Of a stretch of 51,015 bases of DNA, positions 1 to 9,508 are shown piece by piece. Position 1 is the first letter of the stretch; each line of letters starts with the position of its first letter. The translations under genes and the position numbers were made by a program. The DNA is from Planctomycetota bacterium (lineage in GTDB: Bacteria; Planctomycetota; SZUA-567; H5-PLA8). The notes below the pieces were generated by a model. That model was not told where the DNA came from. It worked only from the letters and a program-made list of their open reading frames with translations, and searched no databases. The stretch covers positions 1 through 51,015 of the forward strand of contig JBBRPR010000059.1 in NCBI GenBank assembly GCA_038227875.1, in the 5' to 3' direction.

Positions 1-87
1 CGCCGCCTCGTCAACGAAGAACCTGTCGAACTCGCTGAAGTTGCGCGGGTAGTCCCCGCCGCCAATCGATAACTGCAACTCTCCCAT
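1..87 (-). CDS. IS1595-family transposase, N-terminal fragment (runs off the window)
   Basis: Manual translation from ATG at 87: MGELQLSIGGGDYPRNFSEFDRFFVDEAA. This resembles the DYPRxxxEFxxxFxxExAC start of IS1595-type transposases. Only 29 codons are visible. Confidence 0.6.
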   Translation of the reverse strand, partial: MGELQLSIGGGDYPRNFSEFDRFFVDEAA

Positions 88-135
88 AGTAAGGGAACGC
101 TATATCTTGGAGCCACTTGCGTAAAGTGGATACCC
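1..135 (-). mobile_element. End of a putative IS1595-family element; candidate terminal repeat at about 113-135
   Basis: The minus strand reads GGGTATCCACTTTACGCAAGTGG, with an internal CCACTT/AAGTGG palindrome, just upstream of the transposase ATG. The other end is outside the window. Confidence 0.45.
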
Positions 136-576
136 CCCTCGAACCATACTCTTTTCAATCTTGTTTTCACTTCATCCGGCAGTCGCGCGAGAACGACATT
201 CACATCATCGTCGGAAACGAAGTAACGCTTGTGGTAGTACCGAAGTGGAATTATTGCGGCTGTGGTCATGTAGATTCCCCTTAAAATATCAAACGAGTGA
301 TCTCCGCAGCGACACGCTGCGAAATCAGAGGCATAAAAAGTTCTGTAAATGGCCACGTGTCTCAGCGTAAGGGGCTGAGCGCGGCAGTTAGGTAGTCGTG
401 CGGTTTAGGGCTAACTCAATCGCATGCCACAATAAACCCGGCGTAGACATCTCTTGTCAAGTATTTCAACTTCGTAGCACGCAACTCCACGAGCGTACCA
501 TCACGCTTGACGCGCCCTCGCGACTCTGTAACCTTCCGAACACGCCATAAAATCCAACAGGAATCGAGCTCACACA

Positions 577-1083
577 ATGCGCTGTCCGTTCTGCAAGGAA
601 GACAATGACAAGGTCGTCGATAGTCGCTCCGGCGAGGACGGCTCCACCATCCGGCGACGGCGCGAATGCGTGGCGTGCAAGCGGCGTTACACGACCTACG
701 AACGCGTGGAAGAAAACCCGCTCCGCGTGATCAAGAAAGACGGGCGGCGCGTCCCCTACGAACGCGAGAAAATCCGGCGCGGCATCGAGAAGGCCTGCTG
801 GAATCTCCCCGTCTCCGTGCAGCAGATCGACGCCATGACCAACGCCGTAGAGACCGAAGCATTCGAAAAGTTCGAACGTGAAGTGCCGTCCAGCTACGTC
901 GGCGAGCTGATCATGCGCGAGTTGCGCAAGGTCAACCAGGTCGCGTACGTCCGCTTCGCGTCGGTCTACAAAGAATTCAAAGACGTCAGCGAATTCATGG
1001 AAGTATTGGAAGAATTTGTGAAAGGTCGCGGTACATTGCCGGCTGGATTTTTGAAGACGGAAGAGAGCAAGCCGGCGCTGTAA
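577..1083 (+). CDS. nrdR: Transcriptional repressor NrdR
   Basis: MRCPFC...VVDSR...IRRRRECxxCxxRYTTYE zinc ribbon, ATP-cone (VIKKDGRRVPY), and C-terminal VAYVRFASVY. Confidence 0.97.
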   Translation: MRCPFCKEDNDKVVDSRSGEDGSTIRRRRECVACKRRYTTYERVEENPLRVIKKDGRRVPYEREKIRRGIEKACWNLPVSVQQIDAMTNAVETEAFEKFEREVPSSYVGELIMRELRKVNQVAYVRFASVYKEFKDVSEFMEVLEEFVKGRGTLPAGFLKTEESKPAL

Positions 1084-1146
1084 ATGTCGAATGTTGAATT
1101 CTGAAGTCGTATGCTGAATGCTGAGTACCAGTGAACATCGCGAGGC

Positions 1147-2865
1147 TTGGTGACCGGCATGATGATTCCTGAAGCCTTGAAAAAGCATGACGGACGCGTG
1201 GTGGCCTTCGACAGCCTGAAGCTCGGCGCGTCGATCGCTCGCGCGGCCTGTGCCTCGGATGCCTGCATGCCGCCAGAATCGGCCAAGCGGCTGGGCGCGG
1301 AGATCGCGCACGCAGTCGGTGTCTTTCTCTCCAGCGAAGGCGTGAAAGTTCCGGCCAGCGCCGACGTGCGGGCGTTCGTGGTGAAATTGCTGCGCGAAAC
1401 CACGCACGGTACGGTCGCTGACGCGTATTCCGATTTTGGCCGTGCGGCGTCGAGCCTGCTGTGGCGCATCCGGGTCGCCGATCCCGGCGTGCCAGTCATT
1501 TCAGCTCAGCCGTGGGATCGTCGGCGCTTGCTGGAATCGTTCCGAGCGGCCGGCGTCGCCCGCGATCCGGCGGGTGAAGCGGCGCGCGAAACCGAACGCC
1601 GCGTCGTGATGCTCGGCCAGGAGCGCATTTCTCCGGCGCTGATTCACGCGCTGTCGTGCCTGGTGCTGGCGCAACGCGCCATCGATGCCCGCGGTTATCT
1701 GGCGCGGCGGCTGGCGTATTCGCTCTCGGCGCACGTCCCGCACTACGATCCACGTTCGGTCGAGCAGGTACCGCTGCCCCCAGACGGGCCGGCGCTGGAG
1801 GCGCTCTGGCTGCAGTCGGTTCATTCCTCCGACGTCACGCGCGGCGTCGTCGACAACACGATTTCGCTCGAACCGTACGCGTCGTCACCGTCCGATGACC
1901 TCACGGCGCTGGGATTTCTGGACGCAGTCGATCCGGTGCTTCCCGACATGCCGGTGCGTCTGCGCGAATGGTGCGCCGGCAAGCGCGGCCAGTTGTTCGT
2001 GCGCATCGACGCCCCGGAACGCATCACGGAACTCGCGCGGATGCTGGCGCTGCTGCCGGCATCGGTAATTCCCCCGCCCTCTTCCACGGCGTCGTTGACG
2101 CTGCTCTACAAATCGGCCACGGCCAACCGTGCGCGCACCCCGCAGCGCGCGTGGCCGGTGACGATCAACGCCGCCGGTCTGCTGGTGCGCGAAGCCCTGC
2201 GCGACCGCGAACGCGCCACGATCCGGCTGGCACGCATTGTCGCGCTTGCCGCGCAGGCGCATCGGGAGCGCGAGGAGTACTTCAATTTCTCACCCGTCCG
2301 GGGCCGGCAATTGCCGGTGGCGATCGCCGGACTGTGGAACGCCGTGGCCTGGCTGCAAGGCGAAACGTTCGACGCGCCGCGCGTCACGCGCGCCGCGCGG
2401 GCGCTGGCGGAGACGCTGATCACGGTCGTGCGCAACGCGCTGGAAACGCTGCGCAACGAAACCGGCATGGAACTGACGCTAATCGGCACCGCGCCGGTCG
2501 CCGCCACGCGCGGCCTCTGGCGCCGCGACCGCGAATTCTTTCTGCGCGACGGCATCACGCTCGACCCTGCCGCGACCTACGACGGCGGTCCTGGCCTGCA
2601 ACTGCTGCCCGGCTATGAGGACATTGGCGAACGTGTCGAGTTCTCAAAGAAGGCCGGCGCGAACTTCGACGAGCCGCCCACGCTGACGCTGAAAGTACCT
2701 CTCGGCGACGAAGCGGACGTGGCGGCGTGGCGCGACGTCTTCAGCGCGTTCAGCCAGGCGGGCGTGCCGCGCCTGGATTTGATGCCCGGCGGCGGCATTC
2801 GGGTACTCAAAACCGTATCCCGTGCTGTACGCACACATTTGCAGGAATATCCCCTCTTCCAATAG
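1147..2865 (+). CDS. ATP-cone protein with a degenerate class III ribonucleotide reductase (NrdD)-like core
   Basis: N-terminal ATP-cone (KKHDGRVVAFDSLKLGASIARA) and a second cone-like segment (PWDRRRLLESF). NrdD-like segments VTINAAGL, VAIAGLWNAV and TAPVAATRGLWRRD. No glycyl-radical motif. Start could be 1147, 1150 or 1159. Confidence 0.6.
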   Translation: MVTGMMIPEALKKHDGRVVAFDSLKLGASIARAACASDACMPPESAKRLGAEIAHAVGVFLSSEGVKVPASADVRAFVVKLLRETTHGTVADAYSDFGRAASSLLWRIRVADPGVPVISAQPWDRRRLLESFRAAGVARDPAGEAARETERRVVMLGQERISPALIHALSCLVLAQRAIDARGYLARRLAYSLSAHVPHYDPRSVEQVPLPPDGPALEALWLQSVHSSDVTRGVVDNTISLEPYASSPSDDLTALGFLDAVDPVLPDMPVRLREWCAGKRGQLFVRIDAPERITELARMLALLPASVIPPPSSTASLTLLYKSATANRARTPQRAWPVTINAAGLLVREALRDRERATIRLARIVALAAQAHREREEYFNFSPVRGRQLPVAIAGLWNAVAWLQGETFDAPRVTRAARALAETLITVVRNALETLRNETGMELTLIGTAPVAATRGLWRRDREFFLRDGITLDPAATYDGGPGLQLLPGYEDIGERVEFSKKAGANFDEPPTLTLKVPLGDEADVAAWRDVFSAFSQAGVPRLDLMPGGGIRVLKTVSRAVRTHLQEYPLFQ

Positions 2866-2927
2866 CCCCGCTCTACCTTATAATATAATGAAGACGGATT
2901 TAAGTCTTTTTTAATCACACGCCGAAC

Positions 2928-4712
2928 TTGGCGCGACACTTGATTAAAAATGACGGCAAGTCTGCCTCATCAACGGGGACGCACCGCGTGCAAATCCTTT
3001 ACTGCGAAGCCTGTACAAAGCGTATTCCCCCTGCGGAATTTGAAAATAAGACCGCCGTCTTCATCGACGAAAATCAGGCACTCTGCTCAATCTGTGCGAA
3101 GGCTCGTGTGACCTCACCACCAGTGGCGGCACCTGTTGCCGCACCTGATCCAGAACCTGCGCAGCCCGAATTGATTGGCGCACGACCCGCGACCGGGACG
3201 AACATTCGACCCGTGACCTCGCGCCGCACCACCACGATGATCAAGAAGGGCGCGGGAAGTTCCGGCGGAATGGTGTCAGTTCAGGGAAAAGACAAACCTG
3301 CGGCCGCCCAGCCGGGTGGACTGCCCATGCCTGTGCTGGCCGGCGGCGGCGCGCTGGCGCTGTGCGTGATTGGGTACCTGGTATTCGGTGGATCCAGCAA
3401 GCCGCCGGCGGTCGCGGCAGATAAAGCGTCGGAGACAAAGGTCGCCGAGTTTGCACAGAAAAAACTGGTGGACGACCCCAAGCCGCAGATCGCTGCGGCG
3501 GATTTGACTCCAAAAAATCCGGTCGAGGGGCTGCGAAAGGACGAATCCCGACAGGAACTCGCGACTGCCAAACCTGAGGCTCGCGCGTTCGGCAGTGAAC
3601 GCAGAGTGCTCGACGACAAGCCAGCCCAGCAGATAGACAGGCTCGAGAGGGCCCCAATTGAAAAGGGCGAAAAAAGCGAGAAAGTCGAGAAGCTCGCGCA
3701 AGCCGACAGAGCAGGCGAGTCTCTCGATAAAGAGAAGGACAGCAGGAGTATCGAGAACGCGAAATCCGACGCCAAGCGCGAGAGCGCACCGGATATCGCG
3801 GCGTTGCTGGGAAAGAAAGAAAATAGCAATGGCGCCAACGGCGGGGGCGCGTCGGACGCACCTGCGGCTGCGGCCGCGCCGCCGGGGGCCCCGGCTGGAG
3901 CAGCGCCCGCCGAGCAAGTCGGTTCCATTCCTAAAGCGCCGGTGCCGGTCAATCCGCTTTCCGACGATACGCCGGATGATCCGTTCAACCGCGACAAAAC
4001 TCAGGCCCCCAAAAAGCCCGCCGCGCCGAACGATACCAAAGTGGGTGCGGGGGCAGGCAGCGGCAAAGCGCCTGCAGCCATCGATCCCAAACCGCTGCCG
4101 CCGCGCGCGGCGTTTGTGCGCGGAAAGTCCTGCGATCTGTTTCCGGCGGGAACCTCCAGCCGCACCGACGAGATCGTCGACCCGCGCAACAACAAGCAGA
4201 CGGCAAAGATCGATCGCTACGAGGGCTGGATCTTCAACTGCCAGCAGTTGACCGGCCTCGTTGTGAAGGACGGCGAAGCCAGCATCAACCACCAGGCGCT
4301 GCTGCAGCTCGACCGTTTCCCGGACCTGGAATACAAACTCCAGTTTGAGATGAAACTCGGCCCGAACGCAGCACTGGCGATTCAAACCGGGTCGGTCGTT
4401 GCGGTCTCGAATCTGCTCATCATTACCGACACGCATGCGCTGCCCGGAACCTGGGACACCGCGAAGACGGACAACAACGTAAAGGGCGAAGACCACCAGG
4501 CCAAGCCGCACGGCGTCAAGGACGCGTGGATTCCGGTGCAGTTGTCGGTCCACGCCGATTCGGTGGATTGCGTTTTCGGCGGGAAGGCGCCGGTGCGATT
4601 CACGCTGCCGAAGACCGCGACCTTCGCTCAATTGGGATTCATGACGATGGGCCTGAAGGGCAACAAAGATCCCAACGTAAAAATCCGCAAGGCCACGCTG
4701 CTGGCGCCGTGA
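2928..4712 (+). CDS. Hypothetical membrane-anchored protein (N-terminal Zn finger, one TM helix, low-complexity linker, beta-rich C-terminus)
   Basis: CxxC...CxxC (CEAC, CSIC), hydrophobic ALALCVIGYLVFG, Pro/Ala/Lys-rich linker. Start uncertain (TTG 2928 or GTG 2988). Confidence 0.7.
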   Translation: MARHLIKNDGKSASSTGTHRVQILYCEACTKRIPPAEFENKTAVFIDENQALCSICAKARVTSPPVAAPVAAPDPEPAQPELIGARPATGTNIRPVTSRRTTTMIKKGAGSSGGMVSVQGKDKPAAAQPGGLPMPVLAGGGALALCVIGYLVFGGSSKPPAVAADKASETKVAEFAQKKLVDDPKPQIAAADLTPKNPVEGLRKDESRQELATAKPEARAFGSERRVLDDKPAQQIDRLERAPIEKGEKSEKVEKLAQADRAGESLDKEKDSRSIENAKSDAKRESAPDIAALLGKKENSNGANGGGASDAPAAAAAPPGAPAGAAPAEQVGSIPKAPVPVNPLSDDTPDDPFNRDKTQAPKKPAAPNDTKVGAGAGSGKAPAAIDPKPLPPRAAFVRGKSCDLFPAGTSSRTDEIVDPRNNKQTAKIDRYEGWIFNCQQLTGLVVKDGEASINHQALLQLDRFPDLEYKLQFEMKLGPNAALAIQTGSVVAVSNLLIITDTHALPGTWDTAKTDNNVKGEDHQAKPHGVKDAWIPVQLSVHADSVDCVFGGKAPVRFTLPKTATFAQLGFMTMGLKGNKDPNVKIRKATLLAP

Positions 4713-5017
4713 GCAGAAAAACCCAACGCGCTGTGCAGTCCGAGCGGGATTGGAAATCACTCCGCGTCGGCGATCGCATTCGCATCATCGCCGTTCCAAA
4801 AGGCGATCAGATCCATTTCAAAGAGTCGGGCGACAACGACACCATTCGAGTGCTCCGCCGACTCGCCAAAAAGCGCTGCGTTCGCACGATCCGTTTTATC
4901 GACTCGTCTGGCGTTCCGTGGATCGAGTACCGCTTTCGAAATTCCCACGGAAAAATCGAAGAGCATGGGCTTGCCATCTGGGACAATGAAAGCTGGGTAC
5001 GCGTCAACTCCCGCTGA
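4709..5017 (+). CDS. Small hypothetical protein (about 102 aa)
   Basis: GTG overlaps the upstream stop (GTGA), suggesting translational coupling. It is the 3' part of track ORF 4526..5017. Confidence 0.6.
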   Translation: MSRKTQRAVQSERDWKSLRVGDRIRIIAVPKGDQIHFKESGDNDTIRVLRRLAKKRCVRTIRFIDSSGVPWIEYRFRNSHGKIEEHGLAIWDNESWVRVNSR

Positions 5018-5389
5018 TTGCCGCACATATATGCTGATTCCTTGCCTCCGATAAAACGTGTCGACTGACTGATATTCGCAGTGGATTCGGTATCTACTCC
5101 AGCGCGTTAAAGAATATTATACGGTGGGATGCGCCACTCCTGCGGGATTCGATTACCCGCGTCAACGCCGGTTCTCAACCGCTTAAAGTGTACCACCCGT
5201 AGCCGTTGCGGCGTCAAAGCGAGTCCCGTTCACTACTCTTGAGGTCACGGGTATCACCCAAGGTTACCGCGGATCTGCCGTCAGTTACTCTTGAAGCAAC
5301 GCGTTATCAGCTTTGGTCCGGCGAGTGCTCTCTTGCCAAGTGCATTGCGTTGAAGCGCAGTCCAACGTGAACTCAAGAGGAGTACGAAT

Positions 5390-5830
5390 ATGAAATTCAA
5401 AACTGTTCTGCCCATGCTGCCGGTTTTGCTGGCGATGGTAATGTTCTCAAGCAGCAAAGCGCAAGCTGTGGATGTGGGCATTGGCGTGAACCTTGGCGGC
5501 AGTGGCCATCGTTACTACCACAATGGCGGCGTGGTCGAATACCGCACATCGGATCCTGTGTACTCGACGTGGTATCCCGACGATAGCTCGACCTATGTGT
5601 ACTCGCCTTCGTATTCCTCATACGGTGATTATGGCGACGGCTATGGTTCCACGTATATCTACTCCACCAACTCGACCGGATACGATGGCTGGTACGGCAA
5701 CGGCCGGGTCGGACACGGCGGCTATTACGGAAACAACTATCGCGGCGGCCACAGTTCCTACAGTGGGTATAGCAGCGGAAGTGGCATTCGCGGCGGCGGC
5801 AGTCGCAGCAGCGGCGGACATCGGCGCTAG
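5390..5830 (+). CDS. Secreted Gly/Tyr/Ser-rich protein
   Basis: RBS GAGGAG, signal peptide ending AQA, low-complexity G/Y/S mature region. Confidence 0.8.
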   Translation: MKFKTVLPMLPVLLAMVMFSSSKAQAVDVGIGVNLGGSGHRYYHNGGVVEYRTSDPVYSTWYPDDSSTYVYSPSYSSYGDYGDGYGSTYIYSTNSTGYDGWYGNGRVGHGGYYGNNYRGGHSSYSGYSSGSGIRGGGSRSSGGHRR

Positions 5831-5839
5831 CCAGGATGA

Positions 5840-5863
5840 TGTGGCGCAGGCGTCCAGCCTGCA
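5840..5863. repeat. REP-like palindrome
   Basis: TGTGGCGCAGGCGTCCAGCCTGCA, with related copies at 7059-7082 (inverted) and 7085-7105. Confidence 0.6.
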
Positions 5864-5936
5864 CTCTGCGCGGCGTGCGGAATGTGACCGCAGCCGCTTA
5901 TCGGCACCAGTTCAACAACCAATAAAGAGGTACCCC

Positions 5937-6800
5937 ATGAAATTTCTGAGCATTGTCGCCATGACGGCGTTCGTCATCTCCGGGTTCGCACATGCGGCCG
6001 ATCAGGCCACGACCGCAGCGGCCGATCCCGTTCCCGACAGCAAGCCCGTCGCTGGCACCACCGAAGACGAAATGAAGGTCGGCGCCCCCGCGCAGGTCTT
6101 CGGCAAGGTCGTCGGGATGCATAGCTGCAATCTCGTCGGCATGTCCGATCCGCACATGCTGGTCAAGCTGGAATCCGAACCCGGCAACGTCGACATTGTC
6201 GACCTCGGCTCCACGGCTGAACTGAAAGCCAATGGCATTGAACCCAAGGAAGGTCAGCAGTACTGGGTTGACGGCCGCGTAGGGAAGGTCAACGGCAAGC
6301 CGCTGGTTGTGGCGGAAACTGTCAGCGAATCAAAGCTGGTGACGATCAACCATCAGGCATTGCGCGTGGAAACCACCAAGCACGCAGATGCCCGCCAGGC
6401 TGACGCCAACGCTGCTCCGGCGCCCACGCAGGAAAAAGCACAAGGCGAACCGAAGACCGAAACCGTTGACGCGGGCCAGGATATTCTGACCATCGACGGC
6501 GTTGTGATGCACTCCCGCAAGGTCCGTATCGAAGGCGAATCGTTCGAACACGTTATGGCCAAAATCAAGACCGACAATGGTGTGGTGGTACTCGATCTCG
6601 GCACTTGCACTGCATTGCCGGCCACCGTTGACTTGACCGAAGGCAAACCCATCGCCGCCAGCGGCTACATGGGCCGCCTCAACGGCAAGCCCATTCTTAT
6701 GGCCGAATCCGTTGGAAATCTGACCAGCATCGAACGCCCGCACCAGGCGGACGTCACCCCGACGAATACAAACTATCCCGACGCGAATTTGAAGAAGTAA
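5937..6800 (+). CDS. Secreted protein with two repeated OB-fold-like domains
   Basis: RBS GAGG and signal peptide MKFLSIVAMTAFVISGFAHA. Internal duplication: VDLG...GKVNGKPLVVAETV and LDLG...GRLNGKPILMAESV. Confidence 0.8.
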   Translation: MKFLSIVAMTAFVISGFAHAADQATTAAADPVPDSKPVAGTTEDEMKVGAPAQVFGKVVGMHSCNLVGMSDPHMLVKLESEPGNVDIVDLGSTAELKANGIEPKEGQQYWVDGRVGKVNGKPLVVAETVSESKLVTINHQALRVETTKHADARQADANAAPAPTQEKAQGEPKTETVDAGQDILTIDGVVMHSRKVRIEGESFEHVMAKIKTDNGVVVLDLGTCTALPATVDLTEGKPIAASGYMGRLNGKPILMAESVGNLTSIERPHQADVTPTNTNYPDANLKK

Positions 6801-6819
6801 TAGCAGCAAGCGTTTGTAG

Positions 6820-6846
6820 CGTGCCCAGGATGTATTCCTGGGCACG
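6820..6846 (+). terminator. Perfect hairpin downstream of the CDS, possible terminator
   Basis: CGTGCCCAGGA-TGTAT-TCCTGGGCACG, an 11-bp stem with only a weak U-tract. Confidence 0.45.
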
Positions 6847-6890
6847 TTGCAATTTCAAAGTGGCATGAACCCGATCAAGGAGCTGCGACG

Positions 6891-7055
6891 ATGAAAAAGG
6901 AAAGAATTACCAAGCTCAAACAAAAAGTGATCGCTCACGCGGACGGTAAAGAGAAGGAAGCCAAAAAGGCGAAGGAACTTTCCCAGAATCTCGATGAACC
7001 AGTCGAAAAGAGTCTCGCCAAGTCGTCTTCAGACGAAGAAACTTCATCACGCTAA
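6891..7055 (+). CDS. Small charged protein (54 aa), absent from the ORF track
   Basis: AAGGAG RBS at 6877-6882; MKKERITKLKQKVIAHADGKEKEAKKAKELSQNLDEPVEKSLAKSSSDEETSSR. Confidence 0.55.
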   Translation: MKKERITKLKQKVIAHADGKEKEAKKAKELSQNLDEPVEKSLAKSSSDEETSSR

Positions 7056-7058
7056 AGC

Positions 7059-7105
7059 TGCAGGCCGGACGTCTGCGCCACAATTGTGGTGCAGGCATCC
7101 GGCCT
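7059..7105. repeat. Pair of REP-like palindromes in opposite orientation
   Basis: TGCAGGCCGGACGTCTGCGCCACA followed by TGTGGTGCAGGCATCCGGCCT, the same family as 5840-5863. Confidence 0.6.
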
Positions 7106-7123
7106 CAATTCCTTGCACACATC

Positions 7124-9361
7124 TTACAGATTCAACGCCCGAGCTCCCACCGCTTCGACGCGCTTCTTTGCAGGCACGTAGACCAGCGTGTATTCGGAAT
7201 CCAATTCCGGCCGCCCCGGAACGCTGAGCACGAGCTTCATCACATTCTCGGAAAGATGCGGCAGCGTAAAGCGCAGCACCGGGCCCGCGAGATTCACGTT
7301 GGGCTCGAGCGCCGGAAAATCCCAGCTCAGCAGTGGAATCTTCTCCGCTCCATTCTCCAGCGATACATCAATGCGGCCAGCGGCCACGCGTTCCGGCGAA
7401 TCGTTGAGCAGCCACAATTCCGGATTGAAACATTCTCCGGCCTTCCAGCGGAACTTCGCGATCCGTGCGCTGGCCAAAACCGGGCGGCATGCCCTGGCCA
7501 CCTGAGCCAGCCCGCGCTTGGGTTCGTGCGGCCAACTGACCAGGCTGTTGTTCGCCGCCGTCGGCCACGGTTCGTTGAAACACCAGTTGAGCGCCATCGC
7601 CGCCGTCGGCTTCTGGCGGCGCGATTCTTCGAAGATGCATTTGTAGCCTTCGCCCTGCAGGAGCTGGCCGCCGTTGACGACGTCTTCGAGCGATTTGCAC
7701 GCGCCAAAATAATCTTCGATCAAATGAAGCATCAGCCAGCTTCCGGGATCGGCGCCCCAGGCATCAAAGGCATGATGGCTGACCCACGACGTTCCGCGCC
7801 GCGGCGGGAAGAGCTCGCTTTCCGGAATGATTTTCTTGAGCGTTTCCACCGAGGCCGGGCCCGGGCAGCCGAACTCCGTGTACGCCGAACATCTCGAGCG
7901 CGCAAAGAGTTGGAAGACCTCATTGCCCATCGGATCGCGGAACAAATAGTGCCCGTGGCCCATGCCCATGATCGGCGAGGTCATCAGGAACGGCCTCAGC
8001 GGATCGAGATCGTACGTGTTCCGGTTGAGGAGTCGCAGCGCGAGGTCCTGGTTGGTCATCAGCGACCAGTTGTTGAAGAGCTCGTTGCCGCCGCACCACA
8101 TCACCAGGCATGCGTGACCGCGGAGCTTGCGGATGATCGATTTCGATTCCTGATCGAGCACCTTTAGATACGCCGGCGTGCCTTCGTAGCGGTTGCAGGC
8201 GAGCGGGAATTCCTGCCAGATCATGATGCCGCGCTCGTCGCACATCTCGTAAAACGCCGTCTTGTTGATCGCCGCTCCGCCCCACAGGCGCAGCATGTTC
8301 ATGTTCGAGGACTTCACAAGATCGAGCAGCGGCCGGTATGTTTCCGCGGTAACCGTGCCGGGGAAAATGTCGGGGCCGACCCAGTTGGAACCTTTGCAGA
8401 AAATCGAGCGGCCGTTGACTTCCATCGTGATCGGCGGGTTGCTCGGCCCTTTTGGAAATTCATGGCCGATCGGAATGTCCCACGAGCCGGGCGCCATCAC
8501 CAACCGCACGCGGCGGAAGCCGACGCGGGATTCGCGGACGCCACTGGCTTCTCCGGCGGAATTCACCAGCGAAACGCGCGACGTGTAAAGCGGCTGCGCG
8601 CCCTGGCCATTGGGCCACCAGAGTTCCGGATTGGCGAGCGTTGCGCTCCAGTTCACAATCGAGGCTGCGGCCGGAAGTTTCTCGGTGGCGACGACCTTGC
8701 CGTTCGGGTCGAGTAACTGCCAGAGCAACTTCGCGTCGCTCGATCCTTCGAGGTCCGCGCTGACGGCAATCTGCGCAGACTTCAAATCCGCGCTGAGCTC
8801 ATAGCGCGTCTCCGCCGAACAAAGATGGTGCGCGGGCCGAACCTCCACAAACGCTTCGTCCCAGATGCCCAGCGGAATCAGCCGCGGATGAAAATCCCAC
8901 TCGTAGCTCACGGCGGGCTTGACGCTCTGGTTGGCCTGATTGCGGTCAACGGGCTTCTCGCACGATTTGGGCGCGGGGTAGACGACCACTTCGAGCAGAT
9001 CGCCAGACTTCGCGTTGCTCAAATCCGCTTCAAAGGGCGTGAACATGCCTTCCTGATCGTGAAGCGTCGCGCCGTTCAGGCGAAGGGTGAAACGGTAGTC
9101 GACGCCTTTGCAGACGAATACGACCCGCTGACCGTTCTCGCGCTTCGGCAGGTCGAGTTTCGTCTGGTATATCCAGAACACATCCTCCATCCAGCGGTAC
9201 TCTTTCCAATTCTCCGCAAAGAAGTGCGGTCCCCACTTTTTGGCGCGCGCCCAATCGAGCTGCACCGCGCCGGGCACGATCGCCGGCACGAACTCGCTCG
9301 GCGCCTTCTCGGCGCTCGTTGAAAAGCCCACGGTCCACTGCAGGGGTTTGCGCGTTAGCAT
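7124..9361 (-). CDS. Glycoside hydrolase family 2 (beta-mannosidase-like)
   Basis: PELWWPNGQGAQPLY, NMLRLWGG, IWQEF, WCGGNE (acid/base) and TEFG (nucleophile). Start reassigned to ATG 9361, preceded by GAGG. Confidence 0.9.
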   Translation of the reverse strand: MLTRKPLQWTVGFSTSAEKAPSEFVPAIVPGAVQLDWARAKKWGPHFFAENWKEYRWMEDVFWIYQTKLDLPKRENGQRVVFVCKGVDYRFTLRLNGATLHDQEGMFTPFEADLSNAKSGDLLEVVVYPAPKSCEKPVDRNQANQSVKPAVSYEWDFHPRLIPLGIWDEAFVEVRPAHHLCSAETRYELSADLKSAQIAVSADLEGSSDAKLLWQLLDPNGKVVATEKLPAAASIVNWSATLANPELWWPNGQGAQPLYTSRVSLVNSAGEASGVRESRVGFRRVRLVMAPGSWDIPIGHEFPKGPSNPPITMEVNGRSIFCKGSNWVGPDIFPGTVTAETYRPLLDLVKSSNMNMLRLWGGAAINKTAFYEMCDERGIMIWQEFPLACNRYEGTPAYLKVLDQESKSIIRKLRGHACLVMWCGGNELFNNWSLMTNQDLALRLLNRNTYDLDPLRPFLMTSPIMGMGHGHYLFRDPMGNEVFQLFARSRCSAYTEFGCPGPASVETLKKIIPESELFPPRRGTSWVSHHAFDAWGADPGSWLMLHLIEDYFGACKSLEDVVNGGQLLQGEGYKCIFEESRRQKPTAAMALNWCFNEPWPTAANNSLVSWPHEPKRGLAQVARACRPVLASARIAKFRWKAGECFNPELWLLNDSPERVAAGRIDVSLENGAEKIPLLSWDFPALEPNVNLAGPVLRFTLPHLSENVMKLVLSVPGRPELDSEYTLVYVPAKKRVEAVGARALNL

Positions 9362-9508
9362 TGCGGAGAAAACCTCACCGGAGGATGTGATTGTTGTTTG
9401 ATTCGCAGCGCTACAAATTGCAGCCGAGAGCGACATTCTACAAATCACTTTTCGCGGTGCGGTGATTTCTGTACGATCCGGCGTCCTATTTACACGGAGA
9501 ACGATTGA

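Noticed and set aside
441..462. Second NrdR box upstream of nrdR (GACATCTCTTGTC)
   Set aside because: The spacing does not fit the NrdR consensus; only a weak palindrome.
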